Source: an uncultured Neisseria sp.
Lineage (GTDB): Bacteria > Pseudomonadota > Gammaproteobacteria > Burkholderiales > Neisseriaceae
Assembly (NCBI GenBank): GCA_963532335.1
Contig: CAUSKT010000002.1
Span: 2,562-66,561 of the forward strand
Direction: 5' to 3'
Length of the DNA stretch: 64,000 nucleotides
Positions 50,059 to 60,571 of this stretch are shown piece by piece. The notes under the pieces were generated by a model. That model worked only from the letters and a program-made list of their open reading frames with translations, did not search any database and was not told the origin of the DNA. The stretch's first letter is position 1. Every line of letters starts with the position of its first letter. The position numbers and the translations under genes are program-made.

Positions 50059-51066
50059 TCAGGCTAGGGTTTCAATGCGGTTGTCGGGCATGACCAGCCA
50101 GACTTTTGCCTGTTTGGCGCGGGCGGCGGTACGGATGGCGGATTCGTCCATGATGGAGAATGCGGTGGAGAAGGCATCGGCAACGGCGGCGGTCGGCGCC
50201 ATGACGCTGACGCTGCGGTAGCGCGGGGTGGCAGTGCCGGTGCGCGGGTCGAAGAGGTGGGTGAACTTGCCGGCTTCGTCCATCACGGTACCGTAGCCGC
50301 CTGAGGTGGCGAAGGCTTGGTTTTGCATGGGGATGGTCAGGAGGGTGGCTTCTTCATTTTGGGGATTGCGGATGCCGACGTTCCATGTGCGTTGGTTGTC
50401 GGTGTCGAAGCCGCGGATTTCGCCCATATCGACGAGGGCTTGGCGGATGCCGTGTTGTTGCAGCAGGGCGGTGACTTTGTCGGTGATGTAGCCTTGGGCG
50501 ATGCCGTTAAGGGATAAGCCCATGCCTTTTTGTTCGAAGAGGATGGCTTTTTGGTCGAAGACGACGTGTTTGAAGCCGACGAGTTTGAGGGTGCGCCGGA
50601 TGTCCGGTTCGGACGGCGGGGTTTCGGCACGCGGGTTGCGGCGGAAATGGTCTGCGTAGAGATTCCACAACACTTGGACAGTGGGGTCGAACGCGCCGTC
50701 TGTCAGGGCGTGGATGTCGCGGCAGATGCTCAACAGGGCGAGGAAATCGGGCGGCGGGTTGTTCAGACGACCTTCTTTGTTCAGTCGGTTGATCAGGCTG
50801 TCTTCGCGGTAGAGGCTGAAGATTTTTTCGAGGCGGGCGACTTCTGCGAGGACTTTGTTGACGAGGATTTCGGCTTCTTTGCGGTCAACGCCGAAGAGAC
50901 GGAGTTCGGCGCCGGAACCCAGCGCGATGCCTTTCCAAATGACGGGCTCGCCGATAGTTGGTAACGGGGCAGGGCGGTTGCGGTTCAGGAGGAAGGGCGC
51001 GGCCGCTCCGGCGGCAGTCAGGGCGGCGATGGCAAAAAAACGGCGGCGGGTGAGCGGGGTGTTCAT
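50059..51066 (-). CDS. apbE: FAD:protein FMN transferase (ApbE)
   Basis: 335 aa with a Tat-type signal TRRRFFAIAALTAAGA. ApbE-family core. Confidence 0.88.
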   Translation of the reverse strand: MNTPLTRRRFFAIAALTAAGAAAPFLLNRNRPAPLPTIGEPVIWKGIALGSGAELRLFGVDRKEAEILVNKVLAEVARLEKIFSLYREDSLINRLNKEGRLNNPPPDFLALLSICRDIHALTDGAFDPTVQVLWNLYADHFRRNPRAETPPSEPDIRRTLKLVGFKHVVFDQKAILFEQKGMGLSLNGIAQGYITDKVTALLQQHGIRQALVDMGEIRGFDTDNQRTWNVGIRNPQNEEATLLTIPMQNQAFATSGGYGTVMDEAGKFTHLFDPRTGTATPRYRSVSVMAPTAAVADAFSTAFSIMDESAIRTAARAKQAKVWLVMPDNRIETLA

Positions 51067-51311
51067 GGGTTGGGATGGGTCGTCTGAAAAAGGGGCGGAT
51101 TGTTGGAAGACTGGGAAAACCGGTTTATCTGGGCTTGCGTTTGAAGACGATGGGAAGGCTTTTTAGGAGCGCCGTCATTTCCGCATAGGATTTTTGTGGT
51201 TACGGAAAGGGCGGCGGGCGACGGCTGAGGCTTGATTTGCGCTGCGGCAGAACTTGTTTTCCCGCCATTAAGCCTGCCTTCACGCTTTGGCACCAAGCAT
51301 CAACCGCCCTA

Positions 51312-52388
51312 TCAGTCGCCCATTGCCGCCAGAAGCTCTGCCTGATGCTCGGCAATCAGGGCGTTGGTGATTTCTTCCAAGTCGCCGTCCATGACAAAAT
51401 CCAGTTTGTGCAGGGTGAGGTTGATGCGGTGGTCGGTCACGCGGCCTTGCGGGTAGTTGTAGGTGCGGATGCGCTCGCTGCGGTCGCCGCTGCCGATGAG
51501 GGATTTGCGTTCGGCGGCTTCTTTGGCTTGGGCTTCGCGTTTTTGCGCGTCGTTCAGGCGGGCGGCGAGGACTTTCATCGCCTGCGCCTTGTTGGCGTGT
51601 TGGCTGCGGCCGTCTTGGCATTCGACCACCATGCCGGTGGGCAGGTGGGTGATGCGGACGGCGGAGTCGGTTTTGTTGATGTGCTGACCACCCGCGCCGG
51701 ATGCGCGGAAGGTGTCGATGCGCAGGTCGGCGGGGTTCAACTCGATGTCTTCGAGTTCATCCGCTTCGGGCATGACGGCGACGGTGCAGGCGGAAGTATG
51801 GATACGGCCTTGGCTTTCGGTGGCAGGGACGCGCTGTACGCGGTGGCCGCCCGATTCGAATTTCAGACGACTGTACGCGCCCAAACCGACAATGCGGGCG
51901 ATGACTTCCTTATAACCGCCCAGTTCGCTTTCATTGGCGGAAACGATTTCGACCTGCCAGCGGTTGCGCTCAGCGTAGCGGCTGTACATGCGCAGCAAAT
52001 CGCCTGCAAACAGCGCGGCTTCGTCGCCGCCCGTTCCGGCGCGCACTTCGATGAAGATGTTTTTGTCGTCGTCGGCATCTTTGGGCAGCAGCAGTTTTTG
52101 CAGTTCAGTATCGAGCGTGTCGATTTTGACTTTCGCCGCTTCGATTTCTTCGGCGGCAAAGTCTTTCATTTCGGGGTCGGACAGCATTTCTTCGGCATCC
52201 GCCAAGTCGCTTTGCGCCAGCTGATAGTTTTGGAACACTTCGACCACGGGCGTCAATTCGGCGTGTTCGCGCGTGAGCTTGCGGTAGTTGTCCATGTCGG
52301 ACGTGGCTTCGGGCTGTCCGAGGAGGTGGGTGACTTCTTCCAAACGGTCGGATAGTTGTTGTAATTTTTCGATGATGCTGGGTTTCAT
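51312..52388 (-). CDS. prfA: Peptide chain release factor 1
   Basis: 358 aa with the PATE and GGQ ([10 protein letters not shown]) motifs. Confidence 0.95.
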   Translation of the reverse strand: MKPSIIEKLQQLSDRLEEVTHLLGQPEATSDMDNYRKLTREHAELTPVVEVFQNYQLAQSDLADAEEMLSDPEMKDFAAEEIEAAKVKIDTLDTELQKLLLPKDADDDKNIFIEVRAGTGGDEAALFAGDLLRMYSRYAERNRWQVEIVSANESELGGYKEVIARIVGLGAYSRLKFESGGHRVQRVPATESQGRIHTSACTVAVMPEADELEDIELNPADLRIDTFRASGAGGQHINKTDSAVRITHLPTGMVVECQDGRSQHANKAQAMKVLAARLNDAQKREAQAKEAAERKSLIGSGDRSERIRTYNYPQGRVTDHRINLTLHKLDFVMDGDLEEITNALIAEHQAELLAAMGD

Positions 52389-52404
52389 GTAAGTCTTTCT
52401 TTGA

Positions 52405-52432
52405 AGGTCGTCTGAAAGGTTTTCAGACGACC
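52405..52432. terminator. Inverted DUS pair hairpin only 17 nt upstream of the prfA start codon
   Basis: AGGTCGTCTGAAAGGTTTTCAGACGACC between the lipoprotein gene stop (52482) and the prfA ATG (52388). Confidence 0.5.
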
Positions 52433-52481
52433 CGTTACGGATTGGCGCGGATGATAACCGATTACTTTTCCGTATTGCAGA

Positions 52482-53144
52482 TCAGTGCAGTTTGCGGGTG
52501 GTGATTTCTGCCGCTTTTTCCTTTAATACGGGGATGTAGCTGCTGTTGCGGTACATCACGACGCTTTCCTTCGGCGATGCCGCGCTGACGGCGGCCAAAA
52601 TCAGCGTGTCGCCCTGTTTGTAGAAGGCGATGTTGGATTTGTGTTGCGCGAACCAGTTTTCCTGATGCTCGAAATCTGTGCCTTGCGGGGCAAGGGCTTC
52701 GAATTCTTCCCGACTCAGGCGCGGGTAGGGCGGATAGAGCGCGTCAAATTCCTTTTTCACTTGGTGGAACATTTTTTTAGACGGTATCAGCATGATGTTT
52801 TGCAACGTGTCGTGCGTATCATCGAATTGGAAAACAATAATCGAACCGTCTGCATCGGGCATTGAGTAGGCATTGTTCATCGGAACGGACGTGCCGTTGC
52901 TGTAGCCTATGGTACTGGAAGCCGCCTTAGCAAGTTGAGGATGCTTTTTCAGCGCGTCGGCCACTGTGGCTTTGCCCATGGTCAGGCCGTAGGGCGACGG
53001 ATTGTCGGGATGAACGGCTTGTTTCGCCTGTGCGTCGGCGGCGGCTTTGATGGCGACACTGTTGTCGGTGCGGGTGGTTTCGTTGACTTCGAAAGAACAG
53101 GCTGCCAGTATGACACAGGCTATCAGAGAATATAGGCATTTCAT
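52482..53144 (-). CDS. Hypothetical lipoprotein
   Basis: 220 aa with lipobox ILAAC. No recognised family. Confidence 0.6.
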   Translation of the reverse strand: MKCLYSLIACVILAACSFEVNETTRTDNSVAIKAAADAQAKQAVHPDNPSPYGLTMGKATVADALKKHPQLAKAASSTIGYSNGTSVPMNNAYSMPDADGSIIVFQFDDTHDTLQNIMLIPSKKMFHQVKKEFDALYPPYPRLSREEFEALAPQGTDFEHQENWFAQHKSNIAFYKQGDTLILAAVSAASPKESVVMYRNSSYIPVLKEKAAEITTRKLH

Positions 53145-53287
53145 AGCATTTCCTTATCGTGGCCGTGCTGTTGCTTTTCGGTGGCGGACAGCATTTCTTT
53201 AGCACCCGCGGGATGTCCGAGGAGGGAGGTGACTTCTTCCAGTCGGTCGCTGAGTTGTTGTAGTTTTTCTAAGATAGACGGCTTCAT
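53141..53287 (-). pseudogene. Decayed duplicate of the prfA 5' end (48-codon ORF, ATGA-coupled to the lipoprotein gene)
   Basis: My translation is [26 protein letters not shown]...EMLS..., versus prf[27 protein letters not shown]...EEMLSD. 53212-53287 aligns to 52313-52388 and 53183-53204 to 52174-52196, with an internal deletion. Confidence 0.8.
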
Positions 53288-53343
53288 AATTCTTCCATAA
53301 CAAATGCCGCCGGGAGTCGTCCGCGACGGCGCGAGGAGGCGAT

Positions 53344-53371
53344 ATTATAATGGGTTTGGTTGGAAATTCAA
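53344..53371 (-). promoter_or_regulatory. Candidate sigma70 promoter (TTGAAT-N16-TATAAT on the minus strand) upstream of the prfA remnant
   Basis: Read on the minus strand, -35 is at 53371-53366 and -10 at 53349-53344, about 57 nt upstream of the remnant ATG. A GGAAGA Shine-Dalgarno precedes that ATG. Confidence 0.4.
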
Positions 53372-53476
53372 AAGGATATGGCGGAGTTTCCGATGGGCTG
53401 CGGCGATGTCGGTTTGCTTTGCGGCATCGGTTTGAAGTTCATCCCTTCGTTTGAACATTTTGCCATACATAACAAA

Positions 53477-53515
53477 AGGTCGTCTGAAAACCAAAATCCG
53501 GTTTTCAGACGACCT
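53477..53515. terminator. Inverted DUS pair hairpin downstream of the Nramp-like gene
   Basis: AGGTCGTCTGAAAACC...GGTTTTCAGACGACCT. Confidence 0.6.
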
Positions 53516-53530
53516 TTGTTTTGATTGGGC

Positions 53531-54799
53531 TTACTTAGGTGCAGCCAAGATACCTGTCAGGTTCAGCAGGAACAAAACCGTAAATCCGGTCAGGTAAATC
53601 AAGCCGAGGATGGCGAGGAGGTCCATACCTGCCGTCAGTTTGTGGCGTTTGTCGCCTTTGACGAGGCGGTAGTTCAGCCAAGCGAACACGGGGGCAGAAA
53701 CGAAGGCGGTAATCATGGCGAATTTGAGCAGCTCCGCCATCGCGCTGTTGAACCAGAAAATCACTGCCAAGCCCGTACCTGCGACCCAAACGTTCCAGGC
53801 GAACAGTTCGATGTTGCCCGTTTTGTCTTTGCCGCGCAGCAGGCGCACCGGCTCGGCAATCGCACGCGCGTAGCCGTCCACTACGGTAATCGTCGTGCCG
53901 TACATACAGGCGAAGGCAATGAATGCGACCATCGGACGCGACCAGTCGCCGATGGTGACGGCGTACATATTAATCAGTTGACCGACGTATTTGCCGCCCG
54001 CCATTTGCACTGCCTCCCCGTTGCCGTATTGGACATACGCGCCCAAGGCGAGGAAGACGACTGCCAACACTGCGCTGGTGATGTAGCCGACGTTGAAGTC
54101 GAAAATACCGTCGCGGTAGCTGGAAGGATTGATGCGTTGTTTTTCCGTTACCCACAAAGAGTTGATAGCCGAAATTTCAATCGGCGCAGGCATCCAGCCC
54201 ATCAGCGCGATGAGGAAGCCCAAGCCTGCCAGTGTCCATGGGGTAGGCTCGATAAAGTCGGGTTTCATCTGCATGCCGCGCGACATGGCGATGGCGGCGG
54301 CGGCGACTGTGGCGATTGTCAGGCTGACGATGATGATTTTGGAAACGTTGTCCAAGGCTTTGTAGCGTCCGCTTGCCAAGATAATCAGGCAGGAAGCCAT
54401 AATCAGCGCGGAGATTGCGCCGACATTCAGTGTCAGCGAAGGAATCGCCATTTTGACGATGGCGGCGGTCACGATGGCGACCGCACCCGCGTTAATCGTT
54501 GCTGAGATAACGCACAAAATCAGGAATACCCACAAATAAACGCGGCTTTTCTCCGCATAGCCTTCAATCAGGCTTTTGCCCGTATCCAGCGTGTAATGCG
54601 CGCTGAAACGGAAAAACGGATATTTGAAGAGGTTGGTCAAAATGATAATCAACGCAAGCTGCCAGCCGTAAAGCGCACCCGCCTGCGTCGAGGCAATCAG
54701 GTGCGAACCGCCGACCGCCGCCGAAGCCATCATGATTCCGGGCCCCAGCGCATTGATTTTGCTTTTCCAAGTCGAAGCGTGTGTATGTTGTTCAGACAT
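53531..54799 (-). CDS. Nramp-superfamily transporter with a non-canonical binding site
   Basis: 422 aa. LGPGIMMASAAVGGSHLIASTQAG aligns to the MntH TM1 region (LGPG...DPGN), and MGWMPAPIE aligns to the TM6 MPH region. Confidence 0.75.
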   Translation of the reverse strand: MSEQHTHASTWKSKINALGPGIMMASAAVGGSHLIASTQAGALYGWQLALIIILTNLFKYPFFRFSAHYTLDTGKSLIEGYAEKSRVYLWVFLILCVISATINAGAVAIVTAAIVKMAIPSLTLNVGAISALIMASCLIILASGRYKALDNVSKIIIVSLTIATVAAAAIAMSRGMQMKPDFIEPTPWTLAGLGFLIALMGWMPAPIEISAINSLWVTEKQRINPSSYRDGIFDFNVGYITSAVLAVVFLALGAYVQYGNGEAVQMAGGKYVGQLINMYAVTIGDWSRPMVAFIAFACMYGTTITVVDGYARAIAEPVRLLRGKDKTGNIELFAWNVWVAGTGLAVIFWFNSAMAELLKFAMITAFVSAPVFAWLNYRLVKGDKRHKLTAGMDLLAILGLIYLTGFTVLFLLNLTGILAAPK

Positions 54800-55133
54800 C
54801 TATTCTCTCCGTCTTTTTCAGACGACCTTCACAAAAAAAGGCATATTTTAACGTAAATCAAAATCCTGAATGGTGAATATTGGAAAACATTATGCTGAAT
54901 TTTGGATAAAAAATACTAATCAAATAAAAAAATAGGATATTCAGGAAATTTTATGCCTAAAAACCTTTTTCAGACGACCTTGTATCGCTTTTTATTCCTG
55001 TTTTTCCGTGTTAAACGGGAGGTGTTGGAAAATGGGCGGGAGCCGACGAAAAGCGCGACCATAGCGGTTTTGTTAGGGTTTCACTATAATATTCAACCTG
55101 TTCTACGCTAGGGTGGGCAGGCGGTTCGGTCTA

Positions 55134-55240
55134 TATAGTGGATTAAATTTAAATCAGGACAAGGCGACGAAGCCGCAGACAGTACAGATAGTACGGCAAG
55201 GCGAGGCAACGCCGTACTGGTTTAAAGTTAATCCACTATA
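55134..55240. mobile_element. Correia repeat-enclosed element, short form (~107 bp)
   Basis: TATAGTGGATTAAATTTAAATCAGG...AGTTAATCCACTATA, lacking the ~50-bp internal segment. Confidence 0.9.
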
Positions 55241-55333
55241 TTGTGTAAAAAATGGAAGCAAGGCTGCGTTTAGGCTGATTCAACGTTTCATCCAAACCGG
55301 ATTGGCTGAGGGTCGAACGCTATGCCATCCTGA

Positions 55334-55690
<357 letters not shown>

Positions 55691-55784
55691 TCTTATCGTT
55701 GCCGCGATTGGCTGATACAAATAAGGTCGTCTGAAATCCTGCATTGTCGGGTTTCAGACGACCTTGTTTTCGTTTCTATCGGGT

Positions 55785-56435
55785 TCAGATTTTGGTGAAG
55801 ATGACTTCGTTTTCAAAACGCGATTTGGGCAGCGCGGCGTTGAAATCGTCTGCGGCACGGTAGCCGAAGGAGACGACGGCGACGGCTTTGTAGCCTTTTT
55901 CCGTCAAACCGAATTCCTCATTCAAAACCTGCAAATCGACGCCTTCCATCGGCACGGCGTCAATGCCTGCTGCGGCAGCGGCGAGCAGGGTGAAGCCCAT
56001 GTTGAGATAGACTTGTTTGGCAAGCCATTGCTCTTCATCTTGGAATTGGTTGCGGTGGATGCCCAAGAACAGGCGGCGGGTGGAATCGCCTGCCTGCTTG
56101 GCTTCTTCCGTGGCGAAACGTCCGTCTTTGTCCTCTTGCGCCAATACGGCGGCGACATAATCATTGTCGGCGCAAACGCGGGCGGCGAAAACGACGACAT
56201 GGGACGCATGAGTGATTTTCGGGGTGTTGTAAGGGAGTTTTTCGGTGGATTTGGCAATGCGCGCTTTGCCTGCTTCGTCATCGGCGATGATGAAGTGCCA
56301 CGGCTGCATATTGACGCTGGAGGGGCTGTTACGCAGGGCAGCTTCGATATGGGCGAAGTCTTCGGCAGCGATTTTTTTGGACGGGTCGAAAGACTTGGTG
56401 CTGTATCGTTGGCGGACGATTTCTGTGATGTTCAT
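55785..56435 (-). CDS. Oxygen-insensitive NAD(P)H nitroreductase (NfsB/NfnB-like)
   Basis: ORF trimmed to MNITEIVRQRYSTKSFDPSKKI...SVNMQPWHFII. 216 aa. Confidence 0.85.
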   Translation of the reverse strand: MNITEIVRQRYSTKSFDPSKKIAAEDFAHIEAALRNSPSSVNMQPWHFIIADDEAGKARIAKSTEKLPYNTPKITHASHVVVFAARVCADNDYVAAVLAQEDKDGRFATEEAKQAGDSTRRLFLGIHRNQFQDEEQWLAKQVYLNMGFTLLAAAAAGIDAVPMEGVDLQVLNEEFGLTEKGYKAVAVVSFGYRAADDFNAALPKSRFENEVIFTKI

Positions 56436-56617
56436 GAGGTGTTTCCTGTTTTTAGGATGGAAACGGGGATTATAGAGGGGTCGTCTGAAAGGGGCAATGT
56501 AGGAAATTGGTGGGGATTTCGGTATAAGGTCGGTAAAACGCAAACGCTGGCGTATGAAAAAGGTCGTCTGAAACGGAATGTTCCGTTTCAGACGACCTTT
56601 GCCCTTTGCAGGCAGAT

Positions 56618-57406
56618 TTAAGTTTCTGCGGGCGGAAGGGGTGGGTGTTCGTCGGTTTCGTCCGATTTGGGTTTGATAAAGCGGCTGCACCAGATACCTG
56701 CTTCGTAAAGCAAGATAAGCGGGACGGCAAGCAGGGTTTGGGAAATCACGTCCGGCGGGGTAATGATGGCGGCAACGACGAATGCGCCGACAATGACGTA
56801 GGGTCGTGCGTTTTTGAGTTGTTCGGTGGTCACAACGCCGATTTTGGCGAGCAGGACGACGACAACGGGGACTTCGAAAGTCGTGCCGAATGCGACGAAC
56901 ATGCCCAAAATAAAAGACAAGTATTTGTCGATGTCGGTCGCCATGTTGACGCCGACGGGGGTAATGCCCGCGAGGAATTTAAAGATAACGGGGAAAACGA
57001 GATAATAGGCAAACGCCATGCCGACAAAAAACAGGCTGACGCTGGAGAGGACGAGCGGGGTGATCAGTCGTTTTTCGTTTTGGTAGAGGGCGGGCGCGAC
57101 GAATGCCCAGATTTGGTAGAGCGTGTGCGGTAGGGAAACGAGGAATGCCGCCATCAGCGTTACTTTCACCGGCACGAAAAACGGCGCGATGACGTCGGTG
57201 GCAATCATGCTGGTGTCTTTGGGCAAGTTCGCCATCAGGGGGTCGGCAACGAAGGTATAAAGCTGCTGGGCAAACGGCATCATGCTGAAAAAGCAGACGA
57301 CAATGCCGATGACGATCCACATCAGGCGGCGGCGCAGCTCGATAAGGTGTTCGATAAGAGGTTGGACGGGTTGTTCGTTTTGAGGTTCGGACACCGGTTT
57401 ACTCAC
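56618..57406 (-). CDS. tatC: Twin-arginine translocase subunit TatC
   Basis: 262 aa. HLIELRRRL motif and six TM helices. Confidence 0.93.
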   Translation of the reverse strand: MSKPVSEPQNEQPVQPLIEHLIELRRRLMWIVIGIVVCFFSMMPFAQQLYTFVADPLMANLPKDTSMIATDVIAPFFVPVKVTLMAAFLVSLPHTLYQIWAFVAPALYQNEKRLITPLVLSSVSLFFVGMAFAYYLVFPVIFKFLAGITPVGVNMATDIDKYLSFILGMFVAFGTTFEVPVVVVLLAKIGVVTTEQLKNARPYVIVGAFVVAAIITPPDVISQTLLAVPLILLYEAGIWCSRFIKPKSDETDEHPPLPPAET

Positions 57407-58077
57407 TTTTTACGGACGCGAAGTTTGGGTTTGGCATGAAATTTCGGGCGCAGGTCACGCTTGCGGTTCATCGCTTGTTTTTTGAGGGAAGTGATATGTA
57501 GCACGGGCGCGTCTGAGGAAGTGTCGATATAGCTGACTTCCACGGCATTGGACACCGGGGCGGCGCTGCCGGTCAGGTATTCGCGCCATGCGCGGTCTTG
57601 TTCGGATTCCGCGGGCGTGTCGGTTTCGACGGCATCCGTCGTAGTGTCTGCTTGCGCCATAGCGTTTTCAGACGACGTGGAAACGGACAGGTCGTCTGAA
57701 ACTTCCGTGCTTAACGAAGGAAGCGGGTTACCGTGTTCATCCAAACCGAAATCGGCAGGCGTGCGTTGCGCCGGCAGGCGTTCCCAAGGTTTGAGTCCAT
57801 CGGAAATGTCGCGCAGGTTGTCCTGCATATCCGTACCGACTTCCTTGATGCTGTCGCGCACTTGTGCGGCGGCGGCTTCAAATTCCTGTTTGGCTTTGCG
57901 CAGCTCTTCCAATTCGACTTGGGTGTTGAATTCCTGCTTGACGCTGCTGACGAGGCGTTGCAGCTTGCCGATGAGCCGTCCGGCAGTACGGGCGGCTTCG
58001 GGCAGACGCTCGGGACCAAGTACAATCAGGGCGACGATGCCGACTAACAGCAGCTCGCCCAAACCGAAATCAAACAT
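57403..58077 (-). CDS. tatB: Twin-arginine translocase subunit TatB (long acidic C-terminal extension)
   Basis: 224 aa. MFDFGLGELLLVGIVALIVLGPERLP. Confidence 0.88.
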   Translation of the reverse strand: MFDFGLGELLLVGIVALIVLGPERLPEAARTAGRLIGKLQRLVSSVKQEFNTQVELEELRKAKQEFEAAAAQVRDSIKEVGTDMQDNLRDISDGLKPWERLPAQRTPADFGLDEHGNPLPSLSTEVSDDLSVSTSSENAMAQADTTTDAVETDTPAESEQDRAWREYLTGSAAPVSNAVEVSYIDTSSDAPVLHITSLKKQAMNRKRDLRPKFHAKPKLRVRKK

Positions 58078-58080
58078 AGA

Positions 58081-58269
58081 TTATGCTTTGTCTTCGTCTT
58101 TTTTGTGTTCGATGACTTCGTCTTTTTTACCGTCGGTACCTTCGTTCAGACCTTGTTTGAAGTCATGCACGGCACCGCCGAGGTCTTTGCCGACGTTACG
58201 CAGTTTTTTGGTGCCGAAAACCAAAACGACGATGATTAATACGATAATCCAGTGCCACAGAGAGAACAT
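58081..58269 (-). CDS. tatA: Twin-arginine translocase subunit TatA
   Basis: 62 aa. [27 protein letters not shown]. Confidence 0.9.
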   Translation of the reverse strand: MFSLWHWIIVLIIVVLVFGTKKLRNVGKDLGGAVHDFKQGLNEGTDGKKDEVIEHKKDEDKA

Positions 58270-58314
58270 AGTAAATCCTTGATATAGTTGAGAATGGATA
58301 TTTGAAATGTTGGT

Positions 58315-58638
58315 TTACGCAGGCGTACCCATGATGTGGATATGCAGGTGGAACACTTCCTGCCCGCCGCCTTTGCCTGTATTGATCAGGGTTTTGAAGC
58401 CGTCGGTCAAACCTGCCGCTTTGGCGATTTGAGGGACTTTCAACATCATTTTGCCCAAGAGGGTTTGATGTTCGGGCGCGGCGTGTGCCAGCGAGTCGAA
58501 ATGGACTTTCGGAATCAGCAGCAGATGAACCGGTGCGGCGGGGCGGATGTCTTTGAAGCACAACATCTCGTCGTCTTCGTAAACGGTTTGCGCCGGAATG
58601 TCTTTGGCGGCGATTTTACAGAAAATACAGTTGTCCAT
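58315..58638 (-). CDS. HIT-family (HinT-like) nucleotide hydrolase
   Basis: 107 aa. CIFCKI... and the histidine triad HLHIHIMG. Confidence 0.9.
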   Translation of the reverse strand: MDNCIFCKIAAKDIPAQTVYEDDEMLCFKDIRPAAPVHLLLIPKVHFDSLAHAAPEHQTLLGKMMLKVPQIAKAAGLTDGFKTLINTGKGGGQEVFHLHIHIMGTPA

Positions 58639-58658
58639 AATGGCTCCGAGGTCGTCTG

Positions 58659-58706
58659 AAAACGAGCGCAGCGAGTTTCGCTAAAACGTGTGCAGCGCGT
58701 TTCGTC
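58659..58706 (-). repeat. Two 24-bp-family units (complement orientation) following a forward DUS
   Basis: AGGTCGTCTGAA(58649-58660) overlapping AAAACGAGCGCAGCGAGTTTCGCT AAAACGTGTGCAGCGCGTTTCGTC, then the degenerate AAACAGACGGC. Confidence 0.9.
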
Positions 58707-58751
58707 AAACAGACGGCAGAAAAACGAATAAGGTCGGATTGTAATATAAAT

Positions 58752-59075
58752 TCAAGACTCTTTGCGAGAGGCTTTTTCCGCCAAGCCTGATAAACCTTGA
58801 CGGCGCGCAAGCTCGTTGACGACATCTTCGGCGCGCAAACCATGGTGCGCCAAGAGAACCATAGTGTGAAACCATAAGTCGGCCACTTCGTAAACGAGGT
58901 GTTCGCCGCCGCCGTCTTTCGACGCCATCAGGACTTCGCCCGCTTCTTCGATAACTTTTTTGAGGATTTTGTCTTCACCTTTGTGCAGAAGCTGGGCAAC
59001 GTAGGAAGCTTCGGAATCGCCGCCTTTGCGGGAGTCGATGGTGTTTTGGATTTGGGTGAGGATGGTGTCGGACAT
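58752..59075 (-). CDS. hisE: Phosphoribosyl-ATP pyrophosphatase
   Basis: ORF trimmed to [47 protein letters not shown]. 107 aa. Confidence 0.9.
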   Translation of the reverse strand: MSDTILTQIQNTIDSRKGGDSEASYVAQLLHKGEDKILKKVIEEAGEVLMASKDGGGEHLVYEVADLWFHTMVLLAHHGLRAEDVVNELARRQGLSGLAEKASRKES

Positions 59076-59185
59076 GGGATTTTCGGCTTTGCTTTGAAGG
59101 ATAAGGATTATTCGGATAAGGCATCGGTTTGCTTGGCTTCGCGTAACGCTGTTTCTGACAACAGACAATCATCCGCCCGATTTTT

Positions 59186-59233
59186 AGCGAAACTCGCTGC
59201 GCTCGTTTTGGCGAAACTTGCTGCGCTCATTTT
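59186..59233 (+). repeat. Two 24-bp-family units fused to a reverse DUS
   Basis: AGCGAAACTCGCTGCGCTCGTTTT GGCGAAACTTGCTGCGCTCATTTT-CAGACGACC. Confidence 0.9.
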
Positions 59234-59243
59234 CAGACGACCT

Positions 59244-59651
59244 CTAAGGATGCGTATGCCCATAAATGGCTTTTTCGTCTTTCAACACGGCATCAACCGT
59301 CTGCCATGCGCCGTCTTTCCAAACTTTGTAGAAACAGCTTTCGCGTCCCGTATGGCAGGCGATGCCGCCGTTTTGGTCTATCAACATTACGATGGCGTCG
59401 CCGTCGCAGTCGAGGCGTAATTCGTACACCTTTTGCGTGTGTCCCGATTCTTCGCCCTTCATCCATTGCTTTTGGCGCGAACGGCTGTAATAGTGGGCGA
59501 AACCGGTTTCTACGGTTTTTTGCAGCGCCTCGGCATTCATCCATGCGACCATCAATACGCGGCAGGTCTGCCGGTCTTGGGCAATGGCGCAGACCAAGCC
59601 TTTCTCATCGAATTTGACGGCTTCAAGCAGGCTGTTATCCATATTCGGCAT
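59244..59651 (-). CDS. hisI: Phosphoribosyl-AMP cyclohydrolase
   Basis: 135 aa. ...GLVCAIAQD...VLMVAWMN...[18 protein letters not shown]. Start may be 59642. Confidence 0.9.
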   Translation of the reverse strand: MPNMDNSLLEAVKFDEKGLVCAIAQDRQTCRVLMVAWMNAEALQKTVETGFAHYYSRSRQKQWMKGEESGHTQKVYELRLDCDGDAIVMLIDQNGGIACHTGRESCFYKVWKDGAWQTVDAVLKDEKAIYGHTHP

Positions 59652-59664
59652 CCTTATTTATTTT

Positions 59665-59736
59665 GACGAAACTCGTTACACTCGTTTTGGCGAAACTTGC
59701 TGCACTCGTTTTGGCGAAACTTGCTGCGCTCGTTTT
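59665..59736 (+). repeat. Three 24-bp-family units fused to a reverse DUS
   Basis: GACGAAACTCGTTACACTCGTTTT GGCGAAACTTGCTGCACTCGTTTT GGCGAAACTTGCTGCGCTCGTTTT-CAGACGACC. Confidence 0.92.
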
Positions 59737-59765
59737 CAGACGACCTTGAGTCAATCAAGTTCAAC

Positions 59766-60533
59766 TCACAGCCGCACTTCGATTCCGGCTTCGTGCATGG
59801 CGAGCTTTGCATCGCGGATACTGACTTCGCCGAAGTGGAAAATACTGGCGGCAAGCACGGCATCTGCTTTGCCTTCTTTGATGCCGTCAATCAGATGCTG
59901 AACATTGCCGACGCCTCCTGAGGCGATGACGGGAATGTCGACTGCTTCGCTGACAGCGCGGGTCAGCGGCAGGTTGAAGCCTTGTTTCGTGCCGTCCCTG
60001 TCCATACTGGTAAGCAGGATTTCGCCTGCGCCGCGCAGCTGCATTTCAACCGCCCATTCGACTGCGTCCAAGCCCGTCGGGGTGCGCCCGCCGTGGGTAA
60101 AAATTTCCCAGCGGGTGTTTTCGGGGTTGACGGCTTTGGCATCGACGGCGACGACGATGGCTTGCGAGCCAAAAAATCCGGCGGCTTCGTTGACTAAATC
60201 GGGGTTGGTGACGGCGGCGGTGTTGATGCTGGCTTTGTCCGCACCGGCATTGAGCAGGCGGCGGATGTCGGCTACGGTGCGTACACCGCCGCCGACGGTC
60301 AGCGGAATGAAAACCTGTGAGGCAACGTCTTCGATGACGTGCAAAATGGTGTCGCGGTTGTCGGAGGAGGCGGTGATGTCGAGGAAGGTCAGTTCGTCCG
60401 CACCTTCGTCGTTGTAGCGTTTGGCGACATCGACGGGATTGCCCGCATCGCGCAGGCCGAGGAAGTTCACACCTTTGACGACGCGGCCGTCTTTGACGTC
60501 TAGACAGGGGATGATGCGTTTTGCCAGTGCCAT
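59766..60533 (-). CDS. hisF: Imidazole glycerol phosphate synthase cyclase subunit
   Basis: 255 aa. [24 protein letters not shown]. Confidence 0.95.
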   Translation of the reverse strand: MALAKRIIPCLDVKDGRVVKGVNFLGLRDAGNPVDVAKRYNDEGADELTFLDITASSDNRDTILHVIEDVASQVFIPLTVGGGVRTVADIRRLLNAGADKASINTAAVTNPDLVNEAAGFFGSQAIVVAVDAKAVNPENTRWEIFTHGGRTPTGLDAVEWAVEMQLRGAGEILLTSMDRDGTKQGFNLPLTRAVSEAVDIPVIASGGVGNVQHLIDGIKEGKADAVLAASIFHFGEVSIRDAKLAMHEAGIEVRL

Positions 60534-60571
60534 TTTGAATGCCTTTCCAAATCTAGGAATGAGGTCGTCTG

